IMG/VR virus record: IMGVR_UViG_3300043449_002776
From: a virus
Taxonomy: Duplodnaviria; Heunggongvirae; Uroviricota; Caudoviricetes
Direction: 5' to 3' (one strand)
Length of the DNA: 64,000 nucleotides
Under the pieces are notes generated by a model that made no database searches, was not told where the DNA came from, and saw nothing but the letters and a program-made list of their open reading frames with translations. Of this stretch, positions 1 through 9,783 are shown in pieces. Position 1 is the stretch's first letter; every line of letters begins with the position of its first letter. The position numbers were made by a program, and so were the translations under genes.

Positions 1-9
1 CAAGATGTC

Positions 10-2079
10 TTGCAACCTATCGGCTTTAGCATTTCCATCCAAGTAAATGCATTCCAAGAATATGAAGCCGCAGGAAACATTACTATAAGTGGGTTTGCAA
101 ACGCAACATTCACAAAGAATCTGCCTGAATATAATGTAACTTCCGCTGGCTCCTTATCTATTGCAGGCGAAGCAGAAGCTCACCCTGACCATTTCAGCAT
201 GAGAGGTGGCTCTAGTTTAGGTGGGTCTGCGAGATTGGCATGTAGCAGGTGGTCATTCTCAGGAGGAGAATGGCCAATTCAAACCGCTTCAATATTTGCC
301 ACAGAATCTGCATCAGTATCTCAAACACTTGTTGAGCAGCCTTGGTCATTAACTGATCGAATATTATCTGATAATGGTTTGTATTCATCTACGGATATTA
401 GTTACAGTAAATCTTCTCAAGGTTTACTTGCCAAGAACTTTGGCTTGAATCTACCTTCTTGGGCAAATATTTTGCAAGTTGTAATTGCAATTGATAGAAA
501 GTCTTCGAGCACTAGCATTCGTGACAAAGAGATTTATCTGATGCTTGGTGATCAACAGCTTTCTGAAAATCTTGCAGTAACTGATACTAGTTGGCCTTTA
601 ATTGAAACAAAGAAATATTATGTGCTTAATGTAGGCACATATGATAATTGGCGAAATCCTATTTTCGAATCACAAGTGCCGCCTCAAAAGATTTGGGAAC
701 TTGAAAATATTTCTGTAGAAGATCTTAATGATCCCGACTTTGGCGTAGTTTTAAAGATCAAAAACATTGCTAATGTGAAAGCTATAGCTCGTGTTGATTA
801 TATCAATATTCAAGTCACATATGAAGACGAAACTGGGTCTATAATCAGAATGTCTTCTGGAATAATTGCTAAGAGCCCAAGTTATAGCTGGCAATCTAGT
901 GGAAGAGTAAATTTAAGCAGTCAAACTATTGTTCAGCCAAGAAGAAACTTCGAACAAACAATTTTAAGTGCAGGAGCAAGACTTAGTGGATCTTCATATT
1001 TCACTTATGATATAGAAGCAAATGGGGGGCTTCATCTTGCAGGTGAATCTTTGGTGACTCCGTATATTGAAGAGCCACAAGGAGGATGTCTACTAAATTC
1101 TATTGAGGCACTAATTAATCCAGCTTGGTATACTATGGCTGGCGGTGTTGGCTTGTACAGCAGTGCAGACGTAGACGTGGTTTACAATATTACCACTTCT
1201 GGCTTGGTTGTCATGAATGGGCTCTCAATAGTTACAGCCGATCAATTTTTCCATACTGCTTCTGGCTCTTTAAGCATTGCTGGAAATGCAAGAGCAAGAA
1301 CTCCGAACAGGAGTTTTTCTTCGGACGGCAATGTAGTTTTTGTTGAGGGTGAAGCGGATATTATTGTCGGAGATTTTGAGTTAGAAGATGAAAACATTGG
1401 ATTTGATATGTCTGTATCAAACATAACTGCATCTTTCTTGACAGATGTCGAATTGAATAATCTAAGCGGATTGACAGATAATTTGACAAAATGTGGTTGT
1501 TATAATTTGCCTCTAACCATTCAGCTTTATCATAATTTTGCAACAAGCAATAGTTTTGCTAAATTCTTAGTTAGAAATGGATTAACAATTAATCGCACTC
1601 TGAGTTTAAGATACAATGAAATCAATGATTCTTGGCAAAATAATTTACATTATAAAGGTTTTGCATTTAACAACAACTCTTATGAATCTTGGGATATAAT
1701 TTCAGAATTGAATTGCACTTCCAATATTGGCGGAATTGTTTTAGGAACTTCCGTTTGGCGTCTTGCTTTGCAATTCTTTAGAAGAAATTTGACTACAGGT
1801 GCAATGTATGATTCTCGTATTTTAATTGCGATTATTCCTGACAATATTTGCAGAAGCACCACAAGTCAATTAGATTTTTTAGTTGAGTACAACACTCAAT
1901 CAAGATTAGCGACTGCTACTCCAAATGCTACAATTTATCAATCTACGCTTTACGATAATATTGGCTTGTTTAAGAATCCTGCATGGGTTGACAATCCTAT
2001 TTTGAGACTTAAAGTTTCTCAATCAGGAACAATTAGAAATCAGCCAAGACTTGATTTAACCAGCACTGTTTTGTCTTAA
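10..2079 (+). CDS. Large Gly/Ser/Thr-rich repeat protein, putative virion fibre/structural protein (possibly 5'-partial: frame is open to the window start)
   Basis: 689-aa ORF; recurring S/T-G-G-x-hydrophobic beta-strand-like repeats shared with ORFs 14736-16481, 26771-28213 and 57887-64000. Confidence 0.5.
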   Translation: MQPIGFSISIQVNAFQEYEAAGNITISGFANATFTKNLPEYNVTSAGSLSIAGEAEAHPDHFSMRGGSSLGGSARLACSRWSFSGGEWPIQTASIFATESASVSQTLVEQPWSLTDRILSDNGLYSSTDISYSKSSQGLLAKNFGLNLPSWANILQVVIAIDRKSSSTSIRDKEIYLMLGDQQLSENLAVTDTSWPLIETKKYYVLNVGTYDNWRNPIFESQVPPQKIWELENISVEDLNDPDFGVVLKIKNIANVKAIARVDYINIQVTYEDETGSIIRMSSGIIAKSPSYSWQSSGRVNLSSQTIVQPRRNFEQTILSAGARLSGSSYFTYDIEANGGLHLAGESLVTPYIEEPQGGCLLNSIEALINPAWYTMAGGVGLYSSADVDVVYNITTSGLVVMNGLSIVTADQFFHTASGSLSIAGNARARTPNRSFSSDGNVVFVEGEADIIVGDFELEDENIGFDMSVSNITASFLTDVELNNLSGLTDNLTKCGCYNLPLTIQLYHNFATSNSFAKFLVRNGLTINRTLSLRYNEINDSWQNNLHYKGFAFNNNSYESWDIISELNCTSNIGGIVLGTSVWRLALQFFRRNLTTGAMYDSRILIAIIPDNICRSTTSQLDFLVEYNTQSRLATATPNATIYQSTLYDNIGLFKNPAWVDNPILRLKVSQSGTIRNQPRLDLTSTVLS

Positions 2080-2092
2080 GAAAGAGAGTTTT

Positions 2093-2374
2093 ATGGATTA
2101 CGTCGTGCTTTGTGTCTCAATTTTGAACTTATTGTTGTTGATTGGTATTGCCGGTTCTGTGGCAAAAATACTAAACTATTTGCGGAATGAAGAAAATGAA
2201 AAAGCTGAATGGGCTGAAGTGATTCGGAGTCGAAGAGTTTTTGATTCGCAAAATAGATCTCCAAATTATTCAGATCCTGCTTTTTCAGGGCCTTCTGATG
2301 AACGTGCTCAAAACTGGGATGGGATGCCCAGAACAAATAGAAATTGGGACGGTCTACCGGCTACAAAAGAATAA
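2093..2374 (+). CDS. small membrane protein (hypothetical)
   Basis: 93-aa ORF with N-terminal hydrophobic helix; overlaps start of next ORF. Confidence 0.3.
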   Translation: MDYVVLCVSILNLLLLIGIAGSVAKILNYLRNEENEKAEWAEVIRSRRVFDSQNRSPNYSDPAFSGPSDERAQNWDGMPRTNRNWDGLPATKE

Positions 2375-2391
2375 ATATAGGAGTCGCTGGG

Positions 2392-3420
2392 ATGCGGCAA
2401 TTAATTTACAATGAGCTTTCGAAAAGAAGGTTTGGCGTCGAGATAGAAGTTTCCAATAATGTGACCAAGCAACAAATTGGCCAAGCTATCCAAGAATATG
2501 AAATAACTTATAAAAATCCCTCACATAAACGGATGCGGTCAGTACGAGTCACTACTGGCTTGGCTGGTTGGGCACAGACTAGAAAAAATTCGTATTGGCA
2601 CGTTAAGTACGATAGCACTTGTGGCCCTTTGGGGAAAAACATCGACTCTGGTTGGGAAATAGCCTCATATATTGGATCTGGCATTGGTGATATAGATCAT
2701 ATTTCACGATTAGCCAGATTTTTGAATAATTTTGGCTTAGAAACTAATCTCAATTGTGGACTCCATATTCATATTGAAGTTAAAGACTTCTCATCAATAG
2801 AAATTGGCATACTACTTGCACGTTGGCTAAAAGTAGAAGAGCTTTTAATTAAGATTTGTCATTCTAGTCGAAAACAGAATGAGTATTGCAAATCACTAAG
2901 AAGCGTTCTGGAACAAAGAAAGAAAACTGGATCATTTATGAAGTTAATAGATGATTCATTCAATGGCACAAACTATATTGGCAGTCCACTGGATTTGTGG
3001 GCAATATTACATCCTTTAGATTTAGGCGTTCATAATAATCAAGAGAAAAAAGTCACTCTCAATACAGTAGGGTTCGCCATCTCTCAATTCAATCCTGATT
3101 ATTCAAGGCCAACAATCGAGCTTCGATTGCCTGAATCATTATTGGACGAAAAGCATGTTAAGAATTGGATACGTTTAATTCTCAACTTTGTAGAAACTTC
3201 AAAGGTGTCAAATAAGTGCCCAAGGTGCCTGACTCCATCGCTCAATTTATCAGAAATTTTGAGCTATTTGGGACTAAGCGATGATAATGGATTCATGATT
3301 TTAGAGCATGAACTTTTAAGTACAAAAGTGTGGTTTTTGAACAAAATAATTGAATGTTCAAATGATCAAAATCTTATTAGGCAAGCCAAAAAGCATTTGA
3401 ATTTTACTACTCTAATTTGA
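2392..3420 (+). CDS. hypothetical protein, possible carboxylate-amine (amido)ligase-like enzyme
   Basis: ORF with AGGAG RBS 8 nt upstream of ATG 2392; motifs FGVEIEV near N-terminus and GLHIHIEV resemble GCS2/YbdK-type amidoligases (weak, by eye). Confidence 0.35.
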   Translation: MRQLIYNELSKRRFGVEIEVSNNVTKQQIGQAIQEYEITYKNPSHKRMRSVRVTTGLAGWAQTRKNSYWHVKYDSTCGPLGKNIDSGWEIASYIGSGIGDIDHISRLARFLNNFGLETNLNCGLHIHIEVKDFSSIEIGILLARWLKVEELLIKICHSSRKQNEYCKSLRSVLEQRKKTGSFMKLIDDSFNGTNYIGSPLDLWAILHPLDLGVHNNQEKKVTLNTVGFAISQFNPDYSRPTIELRLPESLLDEKHVKNWIRLILNFVETSKVSNKCPRCLTPSLNLSEILSYLGLSDDNGFMILEHELLSTKVWFLNKIIECSNDQNLIRQAKKHLNFTTLI

Positions 3421-3490
3421 TAGATAGCTTTGAAGACAATTACTTGTTTTTTACAGTTACTTTACACCTTTACAACTACTGGAGTTTATT

Positions 3491-4042
3491 ATGAATACTA
3501 CACAAGAACTTGTGTTAAAATACGTACCTTTAGCCAATAAAATGGCCTATCAGAAGAAAAAAAGTCTTCCAAAATTTGTTGATGTTGAAGACCTGAAGTC
3601 AGCGGCCTATCTTGGTTTGGTTGAAGCTGCAAACAGATTCAATCCAAATCTTGGAATTGCATTTACCACGTTTGCTTATCCTAGAATTTTCGGGGCAATA
3701 CATGATTACCTTAGAGAACAAGGGTGGTTTAAACGGGGCGATTCAACTCCTATGATGAGCTTAGATTCATCTTCTGATGATAAGGAATATGCTTTGAAGG
3801 ATTTGATTTCTTCAAAAATTGACAGCAAAATCGATGAAAGCTTAGAGGTTGTAACACTTGATTTCGACGATCAAGCTAAAGATATATTTAAACATTATTT
3901 TGTCGAAGAGTATTCGATGAAAGAAGTTGGAGATATGATAGGCTTGTCTGAAAGTAGAGTAAGTCAATTGATTAAACTTTACAAAGGCAAAATCAAGGAA
4001 AAATGGTCTCGACCCTTATTGATTGAAGAACTTGCTGCATAA
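3491..4042 (+). CDS. RNA polymerase sigma factor, sigma-70 family (phage-encoded)
   Basis: Region-2-like YLGLVEAANRFNPNLGIAFTTFAYPRIFGAIHDYLRE and C-terminal region-4-like helix-turn-helix (MKEVGDMIGLSESRVSQLIK). Confidence 0.7.
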   Translation: MNTTQELVLKYVPLANKMAYQKKKSLPKFVDVEDLKSAAYLGLVEAANRFNPNLGIAFTTFAYPRIFGAIHDYLREQGWFKRGDSTPMMSLDSSSDDKEYALKDLISSKIDSKIDESLEVVTLDFDDQAKDIFKHYFVEEYSMKEVGDMIGLSESRVSQLIKLYKGKIKEKWSRPLLIEELAA

Positions 4043-4071
4043 AACTACATATAGCATCAAAGGAGACTGCG

Positions 4072-4998
4072 ATGAATAAGCTTATACAAACTTTAGTCCT
4101 ATTTTTTATTATCCCTGCTTTTGCATTTGGGCAAGAAGAAATCACAAAGGTTTTGAGTCCAGAAGAAGTCAAAGTGGAGGTAAAGAACTCTCAGGGCTTG
4201 CCAAAAGAACTCGAAGGTCTCTCTTGGAACCGTTGGACAAGCAAAAATTTCGTAGTATGCAGTTTGAATGACCCTCAAGCCCAGTACCTTCATAAGCACC
4301 TTGAGCTTGTGAAGGGCTGGTGTTTTTCACGATGGGGGATGTATGACATAGATTTGTCAGTGCCATGTAAACTTATTTGCGTCGATAATAAAGACGTTTA
4401 CCGTAAGCTTTTCAATTTAAACGCAACCAAGGTTGAGGTCAGGCGTGATAGTGGAGGAAGAATTACAGAAACGGTAATTTTTCTTTTAATTGATGGGCCT
4501 CCATCTCATACAGTACCAACTCCTTTAACAGAAGTCTGCTTAGCTGAATTTGCTCAAAGATATCAAGGTAATTTTGGAGTGTGGACTTTTCGGGGAATGG
4601 GCAAGCTAAATGGAACTCTAGAGCAAATCCGTAAAAGTATACTGAACATAAAACCCCGCCTAGAGAAGAACGAACCTTTGTTTTTCTCTAAAGGCATTCT
4701 AGAGATGACTTATGATCAATACAAGTTACTGCCCGATGATCAAAAACTTCTTTATGACGACTGTGCAACTGTTTTCGCATTGATGGTTCGTAAAGAATTC
4801 GGTCAAGATAAATACCTGAGATTTCTGCAAAAGACAGCAGAAAATGCTCCTGAAGAAGCAATCAAAGAAGTTCTTATGTTTGGTGGCTATGATAATTTTG
4901 ATCGTGTGTTTAAAAGGTACATGACGGACTTGTCAAATGACATTGCAGCAACAAAGACACCAGACAGTTATCTGCAAATAAGAGAAAGAACAAATTAG
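4072..4998 (+). CDS. secreted hypothetical protein
   Basis: 308-aa ORF, N-terminal signal peptide MNKLIQTLVLFFIIPAFAFGQEE. Confidence 0.5.
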   Translation: MNKLIQTLVLFFIIPAFAFGQEEITKVLSPEEVKVEVKNSQGLPKELEGLSWNRWTSKNFVVCSLNDPQAQYLHKHLELVKGWCFSRWGMYDIDLSVPCKLICVDNKDVYRKLFNLNATKVEVRRDSGGRITETVIFLLIDGPPSHTVPTPLTEVCLAEFAQRYQGNFGVWTFRGMGKLNGTLEQIRKSILNIKPRLEKNEPLFFSKGILEMTYDQYKLLPDDQKLLYDDCATVFALMVRKEFGQDKYLRFLQKTAENAPEEAIKEVLMFGGYDNFDRVFKRYMTDLSNDIAATKTPDSYLQIRERTN

Positions 4999-5210
4999 TC
5001 TTTTTTCATCTTCTTTTTCATCATTTTCATGCCGCTACCCATCATGGCACCTCCGCCACCACCTCCAGATCCTCGTGGAGTGGCACCTGCGATAGGCCCC
5101 AGATTTCTAAATGGCCTACCGTCAGATGGTTTTCTTGCGAAATAAGGCAATGGAAAGCCCATCAAGCCTCTGTCTTCTTCGTTGATTTTGATGAATTCTT
5201 TAAATGTCAT
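4995..5210 (-). CDS. small Gly/Met/Lys-rich hypothetical protein
   Basis: 71-aa ORF filling a gap between convergent genes; low-complexity C-terminus. Confidence 0.3.
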   Translation of the reverse strand: MTFKEFIKINEEDRGLMGFPLPYFARKPSDGRPFRNLGPIAGATPRGSGGGGGGAMMGSGMKMMKKKMKKD

Positions 5211-5259
5211 AGCTACCTTATCTATTGTAGAGAAACTTATTTTTAGGTAAGGTTATTTT

Positions 5260-5469
5260 ATGGATGACATTCAAGTTGCCTTGAAGGCAAGATACCCGCA
5301 CATACACCCTTTGATTTTTCAAAGATCCTTAGAAAAAGCTAAGTCAAATGGAGATTTGTTTGATATTCTAGAAGGCGTCCCCAAACAATATCCAATTGTT
5401 TGGGATGAAAAAAATCATTGTTGGAAGTACACGGACGATTTACTTCAAGCTATACAACAAAAGAAATAG
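5260..5469 (+). CDS. hypothetical protein
   Basis: 69-aa ORF. Confidence 0.35.
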   Translation: MDDIQVALKARYPHIHPLIFQRSLEKAKSNGDLFDILEGVPKQYPIVWDEKNHCWKYTDDLLQAIQQKK

Positions 5470-5483
5470 ATTTGGATTCACGG

Positions 5484-6086
5484 ATGAAAACCCTATCGCT
5501 TCAAGAAGAATACTTGAAAAGGCACCGGTCTAAAATTAGACCAGTGCTTTTCAAGTCTAAAACATGTGTTTTTTTGAAACTCAAAAATGCACATTATAAA
5601 AACCCCAAGTGGCGAATTCTGTCATTTACTTGGAGAGAACAAGAGCGTCATCCGGGCTTTTTTGAAGCTAATTATTGCCAAGTAATTTATAACAGCTACT
5701 TAACTAAAAGTTTTACTAACGAGCTTTTGTCAGATACCCTTTATTGGGATGCGTATGAAATAATGGTCCGAAAACTTATTCAATCTATACAAAAAGAAAA
5801 TTTTGTCGCAATTCCAATGGAGGAACAAGCTTTGGCAGCATGGGAAGTATTTCTTTACGTAGCTGACTCTAAGCTTGCAAAAAGTTTTGATCCATGTTTT
5901 TATACATCTTTAGAAACAAGTATTCGTAAAGATTTGTCTTTGCAACAAAGACTTAAAGCATGTAGAGATTGCCAACTACACTTAAACCAATGTGATAGTT
6001 TTTTGTACGATGTTTGGTTTCATCAATTTTTTGGATTAGAAAAAATAACCGATTCGGAATGGCTGGTAGATTTGATCAATGAGTAA
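5484..6086 (+). CDS. hypothetical protein
   Basis: ORF in frame track 5418-6086; internal ATG 5484 avoids overlap with upstream ORF. Confidence 0.4.
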   Translation: MKTLSLQEEYLKRHRSKIRPVLFKSKTCVFLKLKNAHYKNPKWRILSFTWREQERHPGFFEANYCQVIYNSYLTKSFTNELLSDTLYWDAYEIMVRKLIQSIQKENFVAIPMEEQALAAWEVFLYVADSKLAKSFDPCFYTSLETSIRKDLSLQQRLKACRDCQLHLNQCDSFLYDVWFHQFFGLEKITDSEWLVDLINE

Positions 6087-7170
6087 AAAACCTAAATCAT
6101 TCAATGTAAGTAACCCAACTTCGAACCAGCATTTAGTTCGACTTTGTACCGAACAATCAATTCGTCTGAGATTAGATGATTCCTTTTTTAGAGATCACCG
6201 TTTACAATTTTCAACTCAAAATCTTTTTATTGAAAATGTTGAAGAACACCCTCAATATGTCATTTATGAGATAGCTCAATCGCCTCAAGTAAAAAAATGG
6301 GCAGATTATTCAAATATATTTCTTGGCGATATTTGGATTGATTGCTCTAAACATTCATCAAAAATGAATGTACTTCTGGATACAAACAATAAAAGCAAAT
6401 TAGGCTTTGTCACAACAATTAATCCAGATTGCACAGAAATTCGTATTGTGCCGGGTGACATTTTAGAATTCATTTTATTTGATGAAAGCTTTGGCATAGA
6501 CGCAAGTTGGAGTTGGCAATATCAGCCTGAATTAAAGTCAGGAGTAGAACTTCTAGGCAGTCAGACTCTTTCTGTAAATCCGTTGACCGAAGATCACCCA
6601 GATTTGCCTTATGCTCGTTGTTTAAGACTTGAGAGTTTTAAAAAATCATTTTGGCAGCAACATTTTTGGTTCCGTTTTGATAAGAGCCTTTTACATTTGA
6701 TTGGCAAAGAAACAGAATCCAAAAAAATTGGAACGCTAAGCTTTTTTGGCTATCCTGAGAAAAAATGGAACTTCACTGCTGAATACCATGTTGCGATTCA
6801 TGTGAAATTCGATTTAGAAAAATCCGCCAAGTATAAAATGAGAGCGTTCAATAGTTTGCTTTTGCCAAAGATAGATTCTAAGCCAATATCTGAAGGGTTT
6901 ATTCTGCCTCCAAATTTTTATAGAACCCCAGTTTATTTCAATTCAAAACATAAAGTCATGGAAGTACAAGCGACTTTATTATCTACCAAATCTCTTGAAG
7001 AAGGCTGCAATACCGAATCTGCAATCACTGATGAAAGCCTTGATGCCGAAAACCACAATGCTTCTTGTCAAAATTATCGCTTTGAACACAAGGCACAAAG
7101 ACACTATGATTGTTCTGATTGGCGAGATGATTTTTCTGATTGGCGGGATAATCCTTCTCATTGGTATTAG
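6079..7170 (+). CDS. hypothetical protein
   Basis: 363-aa ORF, tightly packed with neighbours. Confidence 0.5.
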   Translation: MSKKPKSFNVSNPTSNQHLVRLCTEQSIRLRLDDSFFRDHRLQFSTQNLFIENVEEHPQYVIYEIAQSPQVKKWADYSNIFLGDIWIDCSKHSSKMNVLLDTNNKSKLGFVTTINPDCTEIRIVPGDILEFILFDESFGIDASWSWQYQPELKSGVELLGSQTLSVNPLTEDHPDLPYARCLRLESFKKSFWQQHFWFRFDKSLLHLIGKETESKKIGTLSFFGYPEKKWNFTAEYHVAIHVKFDLEKSAKYKMRAFNSLLLPKIDSKPISEGFILPPNFYRTPVYFNSKHKVMEVQATLLSTKSLEEGCNTESAITDESLDAENHNASCQNYRFEHKAQRHYDCSDWRDDFSDWRDNPSHWY

Positions 7171-7794
7171 ATGATGCAAATTGAATTGCAAAAACCGAAA
7201 ATAATTAAATCCTGTAATGTTGATGCTGTCGTGGGATCTTATGCCTTAGATCGTCAACCGCTTGTATTTGAAAATTGCAGAGAGCGGTTTGCTGTTGCAT
7301 TTCAAGAAGCAACGACAGGATTGTACTTTAAACATCAGGCCGCTAAGGGGATTGATATTGCCAATTTTGTATCAAAAACTGAAATTATTATTAGGCAAGG
7401 CCCTTTAAGTAAATTTTCTATTACAAACAGAGATACTATTTTATGGGTTGAGCCTTCCCAATTTTGGAAGTCTTGTCCGATGAAAAGATCTCTTTTTACC
7501 ATTTTACTTCGTGCTGCAAGTGCGTATAATTCGCAAACAGACAATTACGAGGACGCAATATTCTCCCAACAATATCTAGATCCCACTAAAAAAGCTGTAA
7601 TCAGATTTTTGAATGGGTTTACAAAATATGTTGGGCCAGATTTGAAGATAAGCTCGACAGGCACAGTAATTGTCGATGGTTGGAAAACAGTTTTCCAAAA
7701 CAAAACTGAAACAGAAATAAAGAAAATGTTGGTGTCCCCGAACAAATTCTTTTCTTTTTACGGGGATTGGTTTCCTAGTTCATTATGGATTTAG
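7171..7794 (+). CDS. hypothetical protein
   Basis: 207-aa ORF. Confidence 0.5.
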   Translation: MMQIELQKPKIIKSCNVDAVVGSYALDRQPLVFENCRERFAVAFQEATTGLYFKHQAAKGIDIANFVSKTEIIIRQGPLSKFSITNRDTILWVEPSQFWKSCPMKRSLFTILLRAASAYNSQTDNYEDAIFSQQYLDPTKKAVIRFLNGFTKYVGPDLKISSTGTVIVDGWKTVFQNKTETEIKKMLVSPNKFFSFYGDWFPSSLWI

Positions 7795-7795
7795 C

Positions 7796-8416
7796 ATGAG
7801 CTTTTCAAAGCATTTTTTCACTTCAGACACACATTTTGGTCACAGGAATATTATCAAATATTCAAATCGTCCTTTTTCCACTCAGGAAGAAATGGATGAA
7901 CATCTGATTCAACAGATCAATGCCTGTGTGGGAGAAGGTGATATTCTTTGGCATCTTGGTGATTTTTCGATGTATTCGCATTCCAAGGGCAAAAACAATG
8001 TTTATTACTACCGCTGTAAAGGATACAGAGATAGAATCAAATGTAAAACTGTAAACATCATTTGGGGAAATCACGACGATAGGTCAATTTGGGATTTATT
8101 CAATGAAAATTACGCTTTGAAAGAACTTCGTATCGGAAAAGATCGAATGTTTGTGCTTTGTCATTACGCAATGGCAATTTGGAATAAGTCGCATAGAGGA
8201 GCCATCCATTTGTATGGGCATTCTCACAGTATGGCTGAGCCGTGGCTAAACAGAAACATGCCCGGTCGTAAATCCATTGATGTTGGTGTCGATAATGCTG
8301 CCAAAATTCTTGGAGATTATCGGCCTTGGTCAATGGATGAGCTTGTGGCTCATTTCGATAAACAAAAAGGTTTTTGGTTTGATCATCATATTCCAAAAGA
8401 TCAATCTGAAGAATAA
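7796..8416 (+). CDS. calcineurin-like metallophosphoesterase (Ser/Thr phosphatase family)
   Basis: Motifs DTHFGH, GDF and GNHD typical of metallophosphoesterases. Confidence 0.7.
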   Translation: MSFSKHFFTSDTHFGHRNIIKYSNRPFSTQEEMDEHLIQQINACVGEGDILWHLGDFSMYSHSKGKNNVYYYRCKGYRDRIKCKTVNIIWGNHDDRSIWDLFNENYALKELRIGKDRMFVLCHYAMAIWNKSHRGAIHLYGHSHSMAEPWLNRNMPGRKSIDVGVDNAAKILGDYRPWSMDELVAHFDKQKGFWFDHHIPKDQSEE

Positions 8417-8490
8417 TCCCTCTTAAAGAATTGCTTGCCATCTTAATGAATTTATGTTATTGTTAGCCCACCTATTAGAAAGGTGGACTA

Positions 8491-9003
8491 ATGATCGAAG
8501 TAACAATAACAGATGAAATGTTGGATATTGCGAAGGAGAAAGCCGATAAGCTTGGTCAATTAAAAAATAGCATCACAAGAGGGGAAGGTAATGTAGCAGG
8601 CTTCCTTGGTGAATTGGCTGTTCTTTCAGTCATGGGCGGAGAATTGAAGGGAACAAGAGATTATGATATAGTTTTCGACAATGATGTTAAAGCTGATGTT
8701 AAGACCAAGCGATGTACTTCTCCCCCTCAAGAACATTTCGATTGCTCTATTAGTGATTACAACACGACTCAAAAATGTGATCGCTATATCTTTGTGAGAG
8801 TTCTTAAAGATTATAAGAAAGCTTGGATTTTAGGTTGGTATCCGAAAGAGGAATATTACACTGAAGCAACTTTTATCCAACAAGGTCAACTTGATCGTAG
8901 CAATAATTGGCGAGCAAAATGCGATTGCTGGAATATGCCTATTTCGAATCTTAAGAAAATAGAAGACTTTAAGCCGTCTGGTAACGATACTGAACATTCT
9001 TGA
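8491..9003 (+). CDS. hypothetical protein (possible PD-(D/E)xK-type nuclease fold)
   Basis: 170-aa ORF; D..D-x-K-like pattern DYDIVFDNDVKADVKTK; weak. Confidence 0.4.
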   Translation: MIEVTITDEMLDIAKEKADKLGQLKNSITRGEGNVAGFLGELAVLSVMGGELKGTRDYDIVFDNDVKADVKTKRCTSPPQEHFDCSISDYNTTQKCDRYIFVRVLKDYKKAWILGWYPKEEYYTEATFIQQGQLDRSNNWRAKCDCWNMPISNLKKIEDFKPSGNDTEHS

Positions 9004-9406
9004 GTGTATTGCTCGATGCGTTCAGAGTGCCGCCCGTCTTGTTAATAACAACATACTTGTATTTCAGAGGCGGCACTGGAATCATGCGAATGACGTGTCT
9101 CTGTGCCGAAGTTGTTGCACGAATATTAAAAACCCCAACGAGATTTGAAGCTGGGGGATCGATGGAGCCGTCGCCGTCTTCATAGTTGGTGCCATCAAGT
9201 GCAACGACAAGATAAAGCTCAACTACCGAACCAGCGGCTGGAGTGTAGCCCAACGTATTTGTGTAAAGTTCTACATCATCAAAAAGATATAGGTTGGAAG
9301 TATTGTTGATTTCAGAGCTAATGGCATTACCTTCATCTGCAAGCGAATTCATGCCAGTTGTGATCAGTGTAGTTGCCGCTGAAACTTCCCATTTAATTAC
9401 TGCCAT
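8969..9406 (-). CDS. hypothetical protein
   Basis: 145-aa ORF with AAGAGG RBS upstream of ATG; preferred over overlapping + strand 61-aa ORF. Confidence 0.5.
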   Translation of the reverse strand: MAVIKWEVSAATTLITTGMNSLADEGNAISSEINNTSNLYLFDDVELYTNTLGYTPAAGSVVELYLVVALDGTNYEDGDGSIDPPASNLVGVFNIRATTSAQRHVIRMIPVPPLKYKYVVINKTGGTLNASSNTLKNVQYRYQTA

Positions 9407-9533
9407 TGTTTTTACCTCTTATTTTGTCTTCCTTATTTAGTTGTCATAACTTTTTTTCCTTTACTGAAAATCATTTCTCCCGTACAATATGCAGGCAACT
9501 AGGAACAGATTGCCTAAAAATCATGGAGGAATC

Positions 9534-9770
9534 ATGTCAGAAAAAGAACCAGCCCTAGAGTTGGAAGGGGTCGTTGTTGAAGCTTTCAAGTCCAAATTTT
9601 TGGTCAGAACCGATAATGTGGACGTTGCGGGAAAGCCCTACGATGTTATGGCACATATTTCTGGGAAATTGAGAAAGAATTACATCAAAATTGTGCCCGG
9701 TGACCGAGTTAAAGTTGAAGTGACACCATACGATCTTAGTCGAGGTCGTATTACTTACCGCTTGAAGTGA
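9534..9770 (+). CDS. infA: translation initiation factor IF-1
   Basis: S1-like OB-fold sequence [56 protein letters not shown] closely matches IF-1; GGAGG RBS before ATG 9534. Confidence 0.85.
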   Translation: MSEKEPALELEGVVVEAFKSKFLVRTDNVDVAGKPYDVMAHISGKLRKNYIKIVPGDRVKVEVTPYDLSRGRITYRLK

Positions 9771-9783
9771 ATCGAGATTAGCC

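Noticed and set aside
1125-1862. Short ORFs inside or antisense to the 10-2079 gene (1125-1346, 1242-1424, 1361-1546, 1680-1862)
   Set aside because: They are nested within a long, well-supported ORF and lack independent signals.
9000-9185. 61-aa plus-strand ORF
   Set aside because: It is overlapped by a longer minus-strand ORF (8969-9406) that has a good RBS.
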